Below are positions 27,831 to 42,128 of a stretch of 64,000 bases of DNA, one piece after another. Source of the DNA: Lama guanicoe (lineage: Eukaryota); the NCBI GenBank assembly GCA_013239625.1, contig MU054212.1:2852001-2916000 (forward strand), given 5' to 3'. Both the position numbers and the translations under genes were made by a program. A model generated the notes under the pieces. That model had not been told where the DNA came from. It ran no database searches and saw only the letters and a program-made list of their open reading frames with translations. Each line of letters begins with the position of its first letter. The first letter of the stretch is position 1.

Positions 27831-30800
27831 AAGCTGAAAGCAGTATTGGTGGCTGACAGTCATGTGGGTAGAAACTTGCAGTTTCTAAATGATCAGAGCT
27901 AAAATTATTTTAAATAGTACAAATAAACATATAGAGACGCATTTTTTAAAGTTGCAAAAAAAAGTTACGTTTTCCCCTGGTGATGTTTTCCAAAATGCTA
28001 TGAGAAGTTGTAGCGCTAGGTATTAGCAGGTAGGGGAAGATGGTGCATTAATGGTCAACCAGTTTGGGAAACACTGAGTTAAACAGGTTTCCTTACAAGG
28101 GGTTTCATTGCTCAGGAGCTGCCATGGACACAACACTGAGGGGCAGGGAACCTGTGAGCTTCTCAACTGTTACCCTGCTGGCTCCTAATGCAAATGCCCT
28201 GAGGTCACCAGCTGGGGTATCTCCTGCTGCCCAGCTCAGGAGGTGCATCGAAGAGCTACCACCAGATGAGGTGCTCACCCTAAGGACTGGACTAGGATGC
28301 TGGCCCTCACCTGCACGAACAGCCTGCTTTCCAGCTGGGGGCAGGGATGGTGGGCACCTGCGGGTCTCTGGGAACAGCTCCCAGGCCCACGTCCGTGCTT
28401 TCTTGTGGACCACACTGGCTGCTCAGAGGCCAAGATGAAGCGCTCACAAGCACACCAATCCCTCTCAGCCTTTGCTGAGAGACAGAAGAAAAGACTGCAA
28501 AAGATTTCCCTAGAATATGCATAACCGGAACATTCAAGGTCCTATTTTATTTTTCACACAATCTGTCTCTATAGATAGAATTAACTCCACTGAACTACAC
28601 ATATGATTTTAATTTTTCCCCTGAGCAATAATTTGTACCGTTTATGTGAACCCCCAAATTCACTCATGCTCAGGAATCAATATTCCAATGACATGACTCT
28701 ACCATCTTTCTACCTCGTCTGATTTTTCTTTCAAACCTTTGAGTAGCCGCTGTACTCCCAAACACTCAGGAAAGCACCACCTTTCAAAACTCACATGGGG
28801 TGCGTGTGCAGTCTGTCTGAATGTGCATATGAAACGTTTGAATCATACGAATTTGTAAGAAAATGTACCAGCGGTTCTCTCTAGGGAGAAAAGTGGGGAA
28901 CTGAAAGTCAGGAGTAGGAGGCAAGGTGATTTTTCACGGCATATTTAAAAAATGTAATATGCATGTATTAAATTATAAAACATTCTTTAAATTAAGAAAA
29001 GAATCTAAAGGCACAAAACCACATACACCCTCCCAGAGTTATCTGTCAGAGCTACAGCTTTCACTCTTCCCCTAATGAAATGCCTTGCTGTCACCGTGTG
29101 TATGAACTGCCTGGATAAATTCCACCCAGACAGGTCCTCTGGAAAGAACGCTGCATATCAAAAGAGTTCATTTCCCTAAAAAATCCCTCTCCTAGAAAAC
29201 CCAGTCAATACCAGCCGCTGGTCTCCAGAGCCTTCCTTTGAGGAGTCTGGCAAAGAGCAGAATTACCCAAGTGACTTTTCAAATCTGGGTTTGTCTCACA
29301 ATGCAACTCTTTCTACCAATAAGGACTTTCCAGAAGGCCTCAGGGGTTCAGAGGAAGATGTGGCTAGCATAGCCTTCCCTGATGCTCCAGTGGGCCAGGC
29401 CTTGTGCTAAGTGAGGTACAGACAGCCCCATGCGTCAGGCAGGGCCCCTGGTAAGGACCCCTGACAGATCAGACGTAGTTAAGACGCTATGTCACCTGCT
29501 ACAGGCCTCAGACAGATTGCAGCAACGCATGCGCTCTGGTCCGCTTTGTGATCTGCTTTGTGCCCCGTGCTGAATTCTGGGACATGGGACTCTGTGGAAG
29601 CCAGGGTCCCTAACTCCCCATCACCTCCAGTAAGGTCCAACCAACTGTTCCACCTCATTCCCTGCCTTGCAAACCAGAAATAACTTGATACTTCCCCATG
29701 ATTTCCCCAAACTTTGGCACGAGCTGTTTCCTCTGCCTAAAACCCTGTGCCCCATCTAAGCAGCCCCACGTCCGCATAACCACCTGTCCTGTCCCTGGGG
29801 TTTCTGGTTCTGTACAACTCTTACTACTATATCCTGTTTTCTTATTGTTACCTATTTCCCCTTTTTGTCTGTCTCGCCCCTGAGAATATAGAAGCTCTTG
29901 TCAGCCCGACGGGCAGCTCTCCTTCCAGAGCCCACGCAGCACCTGTGGCAGGTGTTTAAGAGTAGTTGAGAAATATGCAAATGATCCCAGTATCTCTAAG
30001 CTCCACCCCCAGGGGGGGGCCATCGGTTTACACAGTCCTGGAGGCAGGAGACCAGTCTCTAAGAGGAGAAGAGGATTTTCCTCTGAGTGGGGGAAAAAAT
30101 CCACAAATGCACAAAATTGTGAGTTAGGTGACTATGAGCAGAGACCAGCAAGGAAGCAGCCCTTCCTTGACGTTTCTGGGGGCCAGGGAGGAACCGGACA
30201 AGGGAGACCACGCCTGGCACGCACGCTGAACCACCCACTCCAGGGCATCGACTCAGGGAATCTGGGGGGTCCTTTGGGCTCTGTGAGGCTGTGGTCTCGA
30301 CGGCTGTTTCCAAACAGGGGGATGTTCGCCTTCTTGTTTCTAAACAGTTTTAAGTTGTTTCAGTGAGCACTAGAAAATACAGCTAGCATGTCAAACCTGT
30401 GACATTGTGATTACTATCACTTGGGATGAGTGTGAAACAGTCCATAGAAAAACACTAGGTAAATACGAATTCTGGCCAAACAGAGATGTCAAAAGTCACG
30501 ACAACGGTGCACTGCGACGTCAGAGAAGAGATTCCTATTTCACCCTGGTTCTCACCCAGAGGGGACGCTGGCGTGTAACCGAGGGGACCTGGGCGAAGCC
30601 TCGGTGACGGGGAACACAGCGCGGGAACCAGGAAGCTTCACGTTAGCCCAGGGGGCCCTTCTCTGAAGAACTGGTATTTTCAGTCCAATTCTCCCCGCAC
30701 ATTTGGGGATTTTTTTTCCCCAACAATTTTCGAACCACAGAATTTACAATGACCAGTTTTCCTGGGCTTTAAAGCAACATATTTTCTGTACAAAGCAGCC

Positions 30801-31394
30801 CGGAGTGAAAAAGCAGAGCCCTGAACGCTAACACTTTAACCCCTTAATCTCCAAACTACCTTTCCTTGTCTTTCAAGGCCCCTGCTGCAAACACTGTCGC
30901 CAGTGCCTTTAAGAAGCAGGGCTTCTCTGCTTCTCTGCTGGCCCACAGAGTACAGAAACCCGCCCTGCCCAGCCCAGGAGAGGCCCAGAACGCTCCTCAG
31001 CCGGCTGCCCTGGGGCGATTGGATTGAGGCCGGTCAAGGGCGGGTCTCTCTGCCCCCTCAGCAGGCCATCCCTCATTCCCCTTTCCCCAAAGAAGGGAGA
31101 AAAAAGCCTTCCTCGAAATGTTAACTACAGACAGCTTAAAAAGTGGGGCAGGGAACACTTACAGAGGGAAGAATAAAGCCAGAATTAGATGCCTTATTGC
31201 TTCAAAGTCATAATTCCAGGTCAGTGAATGTTTCTTTTAGGTACACAAGTACTCAGAGCCAAAACAAAGCTGTTATCAAGGTTCTACTAAAATCTTCAGA
31301 AGGAGAGGCTGAAAAACTAATTTTTATGTTCACATGGAATAAGATTACTGCAAACAAACACACAAATAAACAAACAGGGGAGGGAGGCATGACG

Positions 31395-31690
31395 AGGAGG
31401 AGCACAGGGCAGTGAAACCGCTGTGTGGGCGACTGCGCTGGGGGGGGCGTGTCCTTGGACATTTGTCAAAACCCACAGAACGTACAACGGCAGGAATGAA
31501 CCCTGATGTGAACTATGGAGTTTGGGTGCTAAGGAGACATCAGGGGAGGGTCACTGATTGTAACAACGCACCACACTGAGATGTCGATGGTGGAGCAGGC
31601 TGTACTGTGCGGGCCGTGGTGTCTATGAGCACTCTCTGAACTTTCTGCTCCGTTTTTTTAGGAACCTAAAATTGCTCTAAAAATAATTTA
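31395..31690 (+). mobile_element. L1MC-like 3' end fragment
   Basis: CATTTGTCAAAACCCACAGAACGTACAAC...GAACCCTGATGTGAACTATGGA...GAACCTAAAATTGCTCTAAAAATAA. Confidence 0.75.
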
Positions 31691-32649
31691 TGAATTAAGA
31701 AAACATAATAAAAAATTACACTTGTTGCAAATCACTGTACTTTTCCCCCCAGAAAAAGCCAGCAAATAGAAACCTGAAATCTAGAAACTGTCTCTCTCTG
31801 CACACATGCACGACACTTGACATCAGTTAAAGTGATGCCAACAAGCGCCAGTCTTAATTCTGAGAAACTTGAGGACCCAGCACGTTGCACAGAATGCAAC
31901 TCATCCGTCCCCTCCCTGGTCTGAGGAACATTTTCAGTGTTCCTATTTTATCTAGCTGTCCTTCCGCTAAAATGGGCCCCTACCTTGGACGTGATCCTCT
32001 ACTTTGTCACTGACTCTGTTAAAACATAAAGGATGTTCTCGTGTTGAATGCGGAGCACCCTTGAAGTGGGAGCCGGGATCTTTTATGACCAGGATCCTAG
32101 ACTCCCCAGGGAGCTGGGTGGGCCGATGTGATGAAGGGGCCTCTGAGGGCCTGAGGGGCAGGTGAGGCCACAGTGTCGTCGAGTCTAACCTGGGTCAGTC
32201 TTTTCCTTCTGTGATATTAGAAAAGTCAAAGCCAGTCGCCCCACTTGTCCTTGGGGTCTGGCCACCCCCCACCCTTCCTGCCCTCAGTCGATTCCTCCCC
32301 ACCGGCATGTAAATATGTTCATGTCTCTCTCGTGTTAAAAATGCACAAAATCCCCTCCAAACTCGTCTCCAGCCCCAGCTCCCGCTCTCGCTCTCGTGAC
32401 CCCTCTAAGCATCAAACCTGAAAGCAGCCCAGCTGTTTCCCTTTCCCCACCTCTTACCCCTCCCTCGGTTCCCTCCACGTGGCCTCTGCCCACTGCCCGT
32501 CACCCCACAAAACTGCTCAGCAGAGAAGCCAGAGGATGGACACGTGGTCTCTTTTTGAAATCTCAGCGGCGTTAACAAACTCCACCACTCCCACTGGTCC
32601 TGATACTCTACAACCCTCCGTCCCCTCTGCCCCCCTGGATGCACGCCAG

Positions 32650-33340
32650 CAACTGGTGAACTTCCAAATTTTACCCTCCAGCCGGCTTTTGCCAGACCTG
32701 TTTATCTACCTGCTTATCCATCACTTCCCTAGGGTGTCCCAGCAGCCTCTCAAATTCAACATCTCCAAAGCAGAACTCATCACCTCTCCCCAGGGCCCCC
32801 TCGCAGAGGCCCCCATTTCAGTAGGTAGCACTGCCATCCATCCATCCACTGCCTGAACTCCTTCCATCCCCAATGCCAGCCTCCATGTCCTGTGGCTTCT
32901 ACCCCCCCCCCCCGGGAGCTCTGGGACCGCCTACCACTTCTCCCGACTCCCACGACTGCTATCTTAGTCCCTGGACACCATCACTCTCCCTCGCTCCAGT
33001 TCCTCTCCAGTCCAAGGTCCACGTATCTCAAATGAAGAGAACTTGTTTAAAAAAAGAAGGGAAGGGAGGGAGGAAGGAAGGAAGGAAGGAAGGAAGGAAA
33101 AGAAAAAAAGCAAGCACGTTGGATCCTGCCCTCCTCTGCTTGTGTAACAGCCCAGACCAGAGACAAGGTCTGAAAGTTTAACGTGGGCTAGACGCCACGA
33201 CGTGGGTGCCCGACACTTCAGCTTTCTCTCTCACCCCTTCCCCAGCATTCTCCAAGTGCAAAGCCCACAGACTTCCTCTCTGTTCTGGAATATGCTGGAA
33301 CGTACCATGCTCTTTCCTGTCTCAGGGCCTTGGCTCGTAC
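32650..33340 (+). mobile_element. L2 LINE fragments, interrupted by (GGAA)n at ~33058-33100
   Basis: CTCAAATTCAACATCTCCAAAGCAGAACTCATCACC...TTTCCTGTCTCAGGGCCTT. Confidence 0.55.
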
Positions 33341-36300
33341 ACCTCCCTCTGTCTACCACGTCACTCAGATCAAACTCTTTCCTTCCTCCCTCCTCTGTTC
33401 CCTCTGCATCCCTGTGAAATGACAACTAAGAGCAAAGCCCCAGGGAGAATAAGAACCAAGAGAAATCTGTATATTGAAAAAAAGCACCCAGAAGGGAAAA
33501 CAGACAGGTAGGTTTCTACCCTTTTATTGACTGGACTTCGCCCTCTCAGACCACGATCTTTAAATTTAAAAGAAAACGTAAGCCAAGGAGGTTGTGCCAA
33601 GCCGGAACAGACCTAGGTTCCCAGTAGGAATCAAACAACGGTGAGGGGATGGATTTTATTCTCCTTATCTTTGAGCAGCCAAAAAGCGTCTGGAGTCCGC
33701 GATCCAGTCTCATAAAGGAGAAACGGCATTAGCGACCAGTCACTGCTGCTTCCTAACATAGCATGTGTCCTAATATCGACAGAATTAACCCAGGAGAGCG
33801 AGAAGAGGCCAAGTAGCCACAAAAGCTCAATGCAGACAGACAGACAGACAAGCAAAAGGAACTCTTCCCTAAACCCAAATTATAACACCGACGCTTGAAA
33901 GTCGGAGTTCCCTCCCTAAGAAATCAGCTCTATACTTTGAGCTAACACTACATCTTGGATGATTCCATGAAATCAAATGGATTCCGCTATAAAAGGTTTC
34001 TCTTAGTTGTTCTGGGGTTGGAGGCTGATCAAGCAGAGGGGAAATGAGGGCTCTGGGAAAAGGGAAAAAAGAACGAAAAGAAAATCCTGAGCAGGCTTGA
34101 GGTGGAGAGGTGAAGGACACTGGGCCAGACCTAATGCACAGAAGAGGAGGCTGAAGTCCAGCTGTGGTGACCTCGGGGCAAGTCCACCTTGGCCCTGCAC
34201 ACCTGCATCCCCAGAGGGCACGGCTCACCAGCCATACCCACATCTCTTCTAGGAGAGCTCCAATACCCTTTTAACCTGGCTGCTGATTTATTTGGGTGTA
34301 TGCCATCCCTGGGCTAAGAATTCAACAGAAGAGAACAAATTACATTTGGAACGTACGCAGTACAGAACCTGAATTCATCTTCAGGGCACTGTCTTCTTTG
34401 CCTGACCCTTCAGAGCAGGGCATGGTGCCAGGCACACAGTAGGTGTGCAACAAATACTTAATTAAGGAAACGTAGGGTTTTTTTTTAATCCTATGTGCTT
34501 TTTATTTCTAAACTTCACAGCTAAAGAATTAGTTTTCATTTTTTCAAATGAGAGTGAAATATTTAGATCCATTCTCCTTAAGGCTGGGAGGGTAAAGATT
34601 ATAAATTAACCTTTAATGGTATTACAAAATATTTTTATTCATTTCTACAAAGACTTTTGAGCACCTAAAATGTGCCAACCATGGTGCCAAGCGCTGGGAA
34701 TGGAGCAGTGAAGAAAAAAAGCAACATCCCTGGAATGGACCTTGGGCAAAAGGTTGAATGAATAAAAATCATGAAAATATTAACTCTCACTCTTAAAAAT
34801 ATTCAGCCATTAGATTTTGAAGGGCTACTCTGCACACAGCAAATAAAAGATAAAATAACCCCAAATCAGAAAATTTCAACCACAGGTTGAAAATATGTCA
34901 AGTCAGAAACATTACTTTCTATATCATATTAAGTCAAATATTGTTTAAAAAAAAAACCTACATCCTTAAAACATAAATCCCTTCCAGAAATGGCAACAGA
35001 CACTAGAAAGCATACCAAGGCATGTTTAACTTGAAATGGCCAGACCCGACACCGGAATTCTCATCAAGGACAAATGAGAGCTCGAAAACAGCATTTCCCT
35101 CCGTGTCTTTCAGCTGTGGTCTAAGCTACAAACATTTCACTTGTAAAATTCTGCTTTGCAGACATTTTCGCCAGGATGAAATCATAGGTTCTCAGGGCAC
35201 AAGGGCTTCTAAAGGTCACCTGACCAGGTAATCCGGTAACATCTGTCTCAAGGAGAAGGGCTTCCCGTAAACTGGTTTAGGTGAGTTAGGCTGATTGACA
35301 CCCAGTGAGCGGAGGGCAGTAACCAGCAGCCACGCCAGCTGATCTCATTCCCAAACGTTAATCCCACGATCCGCTAGCATCACAAACCTGCACTGAGCAG
35401 TGCCCACCCACGCTGCGATGTCTTTTGACTCCATCATGACCCCTCAGCTGCTTACTTTTCCAGGAGCGGGGCGACAAGTACAGGTTTTCTGACAGATGCC
35501 CTCAGTGAGGCAGGGTGGGGAAGGATGGCGCCCAGACAAAGTCCTCTGAAGGCATGGGAGGCATGATTCCAGGATGGGAATCAACTGAAGAAAGTCTGAA
35601 GCAATCACATCACAAAGGTTACACCTCGCAAAGGAGGAGAGGGGGCTCTGTTGACCAGGAAAGCCGTTCTGAGCCTGTGAATCAAGATCACTTCCCAATT
35701 CCTGATCAGACTCTGCTGCCCAATCCTCTGGGTCTCTGTTTCCTCCCCCTGCCTAACAAGCTGAGGCGTGTATGATCAGATGTGCTGTCCACCCGGAGTG
35801 CGTAAGAAAGGAATGATGCTAACACCTGTTCTCCATGGTTACCCGTCCTTCCCCTAAAATTAGGTCTGATGTGGCTCATTTAAAAGTGCGCACGTTTACC
35901 TGGAGGAGTGGATGAGGCCAGTCACAAGTCCGTCTGCTCCGGGCTCGCGAGGAGCCTCATCTGAGAGGAGGCTGGCCGAGGGGTCAGTGTGTGCGGCCCG
36001 CTCCTGTAGGGGTGGGACCCACCTGATGGAGAAGGAGAGGGAGTAGCCACCCAGTGACTTCAGTCTATTTTAACGATAGTTTTTAGTTTTAACGTCTGTC
36101 TCTCCCACCTGAATGTCAAGTCCATGAGAAATGAGACCTCCTGTCTTGTTCTCTCCTGGGTCGTCTGGCACATGGTAGGTGCTCAATAAGTATCTGTTAA
36201 ATAAATGGTCAAGAGACCTGGGATACAATCCTGGGTTTGCTGTTTACTGACCGAACTTCCCAGGGCGGGCTGTTCAGGCTACAAGACTGTTATGAGGATT

Positions 36301-37179
36301 GGATGGAATCTCGTACACGGAGTATTTACAGTAACGTGCGACACACCTATGTTAGCTACTGCATTGATCACGGGGACGAATTCTTCAGGAATGAGATGTG
36401 GAGCCCTGCTACCGAGCAATGCCTTGGAGGCCGAGAATCTAATCACAGCTCATACTTCACGATGCACATAGTATTTACTGACTTCATTTCTAAATGTGTT
36501 GGTACAAACTAAATGACTAAAATGTGAGATATCTGATGGTTTCTGTCAGTTGAGCAAGTCTTTTATTTGCCACGTAGGAAAAGAGAGTTAAAGGCATGAC
36601 ATAATTTCACTCAAATTAGCACTTTAACACAAAGAGTGCCACTGTTCTGTGCGACACATTGCCAGCAAGTTCCATATTCTTTATTGTATCTGGATGAGGT
36701 CTTTCCTGGTTGTGAAGTGGACATGAGAATGTTTTTAAAACTACTATTAAAAAGAAAAAAAAAAAGCCCTGCAATTTATCATCTGGTCACGTGTTGTTTT
36801 TAATGATAAGTTTAAAAGATCCCTAGCTCCGTATTCTATACGATTCAGATATTTTTTGCACATTCAAATTTAGAGCATGCTTTACTGGGATCACAACATT
36901 CTAATGAAAATTGTAAATCAACAGAGATCCACTTCTATCAATTTGTTGCCTACAATTAGGAAAAGTCAGATTGTGTATTTTTTAACGGGACGGATAGTTT
37001 TATTGAACACTGAAGGTTGAAATTGTCAGTACTTGTAAGTCATTTCCACTTTTTTCTGTTTAAGGTCTAGTGGGAGTCCAAAATCAATCCTTTATAAACA
37101 TTTCATAGTTGTGTATTTAAATTATCCTGTTCATGGTATAAAGAAGGAGAGAATAAAAACTAGAGGATTTAGCACACAT

Positions 37180-37293
37180 TTAGCATGCATGGGGTCCTGG
37201 GTTCAATCCCCAGTACCTCCTCTAAGAATAAATAAACCTAACTGCCATAAATAAGTAAAAGTAAGTAAGTAAGTAAATAAATAAATAAATAAA
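37180..37293 (+). mobile_element. 5'-truncated camelid SINE with (TAAG/TAAA)n tail
   Basis: TAGCATGCATGGGGTCCTGGGTTCAATCCCCAGTACCTCC followed by an A-rich simple repeat. Confidence 0.8.
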
Positions 37294-37713
37294 ATTTGAC
37301 AATTTTAAAAGAAGCTTGGGGATTTAATTTTATTTTTATATTTTTGTGAGTTACACGCTGGCTCAGACAGGGGTTACCCAGAATTTAATATCCATTTTCC
37401 TCTAAACCTGACAGTTTTTATTATTGGCCTTTTGATTATCATTGTTCTGTTCTTACCACAGATGTGGCCTCTCTAGCTGGTTTCTTTGCATGTTTCCATT
37501 CTTTCACCTACGTTTATAGATATTTTGTGATTTTTTTGTTTTTGGGATCCTGTGTCTGAGCTCCAGAAGAGCATGCTGAGGATCAGCTGGAAATGGTACG
37601 CAACCCTCTGCTTCTCCTCTAGCCTGTCAATAATCGCTAAGTAACTGGAGTGTCTTTGAAGTTATCAGTTATTTAGCACTCACTATGGGCTTGTACTCCT
37701 CACCACAGGAGTA

Positions 37714-38047
37714 CAGTCAGCCCACCACATCCTTGGGTTCTGCTTCCACAAACTCAACCAACCACAGATCGAAAATACTGGGGAAAAATTTCCAGAAAGG
37801 TCCAAAAGGCAGAACCTGAATTTGCGACGGACAGGCAACCACTTACATAACATTTATACTGTATGTACAACTACCTGGGTGGCACTTACGTTTGTTTTGG
37901 GTATTATAAGTCATTGAGAGATGATTTAAAGTATACGGGAGGGATGTGTATAGGTTATAGGCAAAGACTGCACCGTTTTATAGAAGGGACTTGGGCATCG
38001 GCGGGGGTCCTGGAACCAATTTTCCGAAGATATCGAGGAACAGCCGG
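37714..38047 (-). mobile_element. MER2/MER2B-like TcMar-Tigger element
   Basis: TA|CAGTCAGCCC... terminus; AGAGATGATTTAAAGTATACGGGAGG; GGGGTCCTGGAACCAAT. Confidence 0.75.
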
Positions 38048-41000
38048 ATTCCCGTTATCCCACCTAACAGAGGAGCTAAGTACTCGCCTCAGGCCATCCT
38101 GAGCATGATATTCTGTTAGCTTTAGCCCGGTCTCGCCTTCGGTAGGTCTCATTAGAACTGACGGAGAATGTCAGTTTTGCTCCAAACGTCCTGTAAGACT
38201 GGTGATGCCTGAGCGACTTACCTCCCCTTTCCTTTTTTGCTACTGTGTCTTCCCTGTTTCCTTTTGGCTCCCGTGTCACCAAAGTGTCCTTTAAACCTCG
38301 TGTTATCTGCTGTCACCAAGGAAAGGGCTACCCGTCTGTGGCCGTCACTTCCCAGCGAGGTTCCTGCAATAAGAAGTCAGGTGACCCCAGGATGACAGAA
38401 CCTCCCCGGCTCGCCCGCTCCGGCTGGGCAGGGTGCCTGCCGAGGAGCAGCAGCGCGGAAGAGCCTCCGTGGGCAGGCCTGTCATCCCGTGCCAAGAGGT
38501 AAACCCTGGCCCCATAAAGTGCCTTAGTATCATTAAACATTTTCTATTTGTCAGGCACTTCATTGTCATTTTTATTGGTTCTTTTTACAAGTCATAACTG
38601 CATCAGAACTGTATTCACTTTTTCTTTTAATTAAGTGCTCTGGCTGAAGTGGAAAAGACTGGAGGCCTGAGAGGGTGGGGGGAGTGAGGCTTCAACAGCC
38701 AGACAGACAGGGAACAGACAGAACCCTCGCTGCTCCCCGTGGGGCCAGCCCCCAAGGCCTGTGGAAAGGGCTCCCGGGAGCTCGCCCAAGGGTGCGAAAA
38801 GAGCCCAAGGCCATCTGGCTAGAGCTGTCAGCCACCGAGTGTGTGCCGGGCCATTCTAGTCCATCCTAACCCAGAACATTCCCTTTTAAATAAAAGGGAA
38901 ATGCCACAAACACGAACATCTCACTAAGACTCTTTTAGTTTTTAAAAACTAAATCCACCCACATCCTTGTGCTTCAGTGTCCTTTTTATCCCTTCTTTCT
39001 CGAATGCTTAACTGCACTGCTTTGGTGACTTCAGCTACAAATCACCGCCGTGAAAGTACCGCGGCATGAGAGGCCTGCACGGGGACTTGGAACTGGGACT
39101 TGCACTTCGCTCGCTGGGAGCGAGGTGAACTTGCGAAACTGCCTGACCTCTCTGAGGATCAGTTTTTCTCATCTGTAGGATGGGTGTCATCGGAGTTGCC
39201 ACCCTCCCCCTTCAGCTGGCTTATGCTGTGTGTGAGAGCGTCCCCAGGACTTAGCCCACGTCACGGTTTACCTTCAGGTTACTTGGCTGCCTCCCCTGTG
39301 AGACTGGCAGGCCTCCAAGGACAAGGAACTGATCTGTGCCCCCACTCCTATCTAACCCAGACCCTGACACTAGGAAGAGCTCTACAAAGACAAGAAAGCC
39401 CTTTGCAAACTGTCAAGCACTCCTCTCATGTACCTTAGTAATGAGTACTCATTGTGTGGCCCCCTCGAGATGTGAACGAAATGATGCCGGCACCAAGGGA
39501 GCCAGGCTCTAGCAATGGAAGAGCTGGGACTGAAATGGAAAACTGGGACTCAGTTATCTGTTCTGAATTTCTCTGGGTTATTGCACAATTACTCAGTCTT
39601 AAAACATGTGGATTGACAACAGGGTGAACCTTAGAGGGGCTGATACGGGAGAGGGATGGGGCAGCCCCCTTCGTGCTGGGACATCTAAGAGAGGAGGGCA
39701 CTGAGGCTTTCCCAAGAGGGCTCAACATCAGCGCGGTGAAAAGGCTTACATTTTGACGAGTTGAGAGTTCACTTCCTCTGAGTTTTCACATTCTCCTTAC
39801 ACACTTCTGAGGTTAAACGTTTAGTCTTTCAGTTTGGTTGGCCAACTTCGGGCCCATTTTTCACAAAGTAATACACCCCGTTCACTCTCCAGGCCTTCCT
39901 GGTGAACGGTCATGAGACGGAACTAGGCCCTGTTCCCCTCCGTCCGGTCCTCCTCCTGACCTGCCCTAGGGAGCCCCACCGGAGTGTCTCCAGCATCTTC
40001 TCTTAACTATTTCTAAGTTACTCCTTACCTCCAAATCCCTGCCCTTGCACATGGTAAGTGCTCAGTAAATGAACCCTGTTTCCAGAGTTTTTCTGGATAG
40101 CCGTCTCCTTCACCCTGACTTTTCTTAGATCATCACTCACATCCCAAGAGATGGTTCTAAAATATATCGCTTGAGATAATAGTTAAATGCTGGGGATAGG
40201 ACCTAGGATTCCAAGATGCTCTTCATAAGTTCAAAAAAAAAAACAACTTGAAAAACATACCAGGAGCTTTATCACACCTGCTCCTCCTTAAAAAAGAATC
40301 CTGAAAACAGTGAAATCACCAGCACATGAATATCCTACCGTTAATTATAAAAATTCAACGTGTGAATGAACACCACATTGAGAAGAAAATGAAGCCGGCA
40401 TAATCAGTTTTCTAGTACTCTCGTTATACTTTTATTTAGGTCTGTGTGTTTCTACAGCAACATATTTTCCACTGAAAAAATAAGTAGCCTGCCAGTCTCT
40501 CTCTTTTTTTTTTTCTGAAATAAAAAACAATGAAATATTTGTTCAGGATGGAAAGAAAATATCTAAAATCTATTTATATATCGTTTTGTCTGAAAGAATA
40601 TCACAAGATAGAAACTGACATTCCAGATGAGCTGGCTTAGTGAAATTAATAGAACTATTAGTTAAAGTTATTAATTATTAATTATAAAATTAATATAATT
40701 CTAAAACCCACAAACTTATACTGCAGGGACCACAGTGACTAAATACCGTGATAATTTGCAGAGCAACCTAGATTAGAGGTAACACATCCCTGCATGCCTT
40801 ACCGATCATTTTCATGTTACAACAGCACTCACTCCATCAAACTAAAAGCAAGTCAGAAGAGCTCATTAACTGGCCAGCGGTGCTGCATCAGGACACCAAC
40901 CCATTACCCTGATTCCACAGTCTATTCAAACATTTATTAGTACACATCAACTCAGAGTAAAACTTATGATTCCAAGACAGAAATCAAGAATTCGAAAATT

Positions 41001-42038
41001 ATAGTCCAAGTATGCCTTAGGGAAATGCAAACAGTATAACATAGGATCTAGCCAAATACAGGCCCTACTTCTCGGATACTGAAATTAAAATTTGCAAAAG
41101 TGATTACCACCAAAGCCTTCGCGATGTTTTAAGAATCCCAGTATTATGACTGCTCCCTTAATTCCAAAGCATTCCAAATAAAACTCGCTCTCTTGGGCAA
41201 AGCTGCTGATGCCATTCTCAGCCAACTTCTCTGCATCCTCTGGGGTCTGGGCAGCAATTACACCCATCACCTCCTACTCCTATTCTAGCAGTTAAAATCT
41301 GCAAGGCTCTGAAAAGAGGGGAATGGGAAGGGTCTGCAGGACACACTCAGAAGAAGGGGTGGAGATAAACCCTGCCGGGGCCACTGTGTATGCAAATCTT
41401 AAAAGCAGAGGGGAGAAAAACCTGCTTTGGTGTAAAGCAGCCACCTGGACGGGCTGTCTGGGCTGCAGGGAAGGGGGCGCGGGGAGCCACAGAGCCAGAG
41501 GCCTCCCACGATTTCCCACCTAGCAGACCAGAGGGTGCGGCTGCTGGCCCGAGGCAACGGACGCCCCAGAAGGAGACGCGGCGCGGCATTTGGACAAGAT
41601 ATTTACAAGAGAAGAACTGAAGGCTGAGACTGGGCTTTATCGGCGAGATTAGCTGACCAGTTTCTTCATCTGCAAAACCTTCTGTGCCAAGCTAATAAAA
41701 CGAGAGCAAAAGCTCATCGAGTGCTCATGTTTTAAGAACTTTTCAAACAGTAATGCTGATGACCCAAGAGGCTGAGTGCGACCACTGTCCCCATCTGACG
41801 CAGGAGGAAACTGAAGCACGGGTTAGCCATCCTGGGCAGAGCTGTGATTTGGCCCTGGAGTCTGCTCTTAACCTGCTCTATGTGATGGGGCTTCTCAAAA
41901 GAGGCTGATACTGTCCCCAGATTCAGCAGAGGCTGGGACCACACTCAGCAAAATGGAGGCATGTTAAGTACTGGAAATACTCTTTTGTGTCCCCCTCCTT
42001 TTTTTTTTTTTTTTTTTGCTGTATTTTAATAAGATCTT

Positions 42039-42128
42039 TCTTTTTTTTTTATGAAGGTACTGGGGATTGAACCCAGGACCTTGTGCATGTTGAGCACACA
42101 CTCTACCACTGAGCTATACCCTCCCCCC
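42039..42128 (-). mobile_element. Camelid tRNA-derived SINE
   Basis: T-tract then GGTACTGGGGATTGAACCCAGGACC...CCACTGAGCTATACCCTCCCC. Confidence 0.85.
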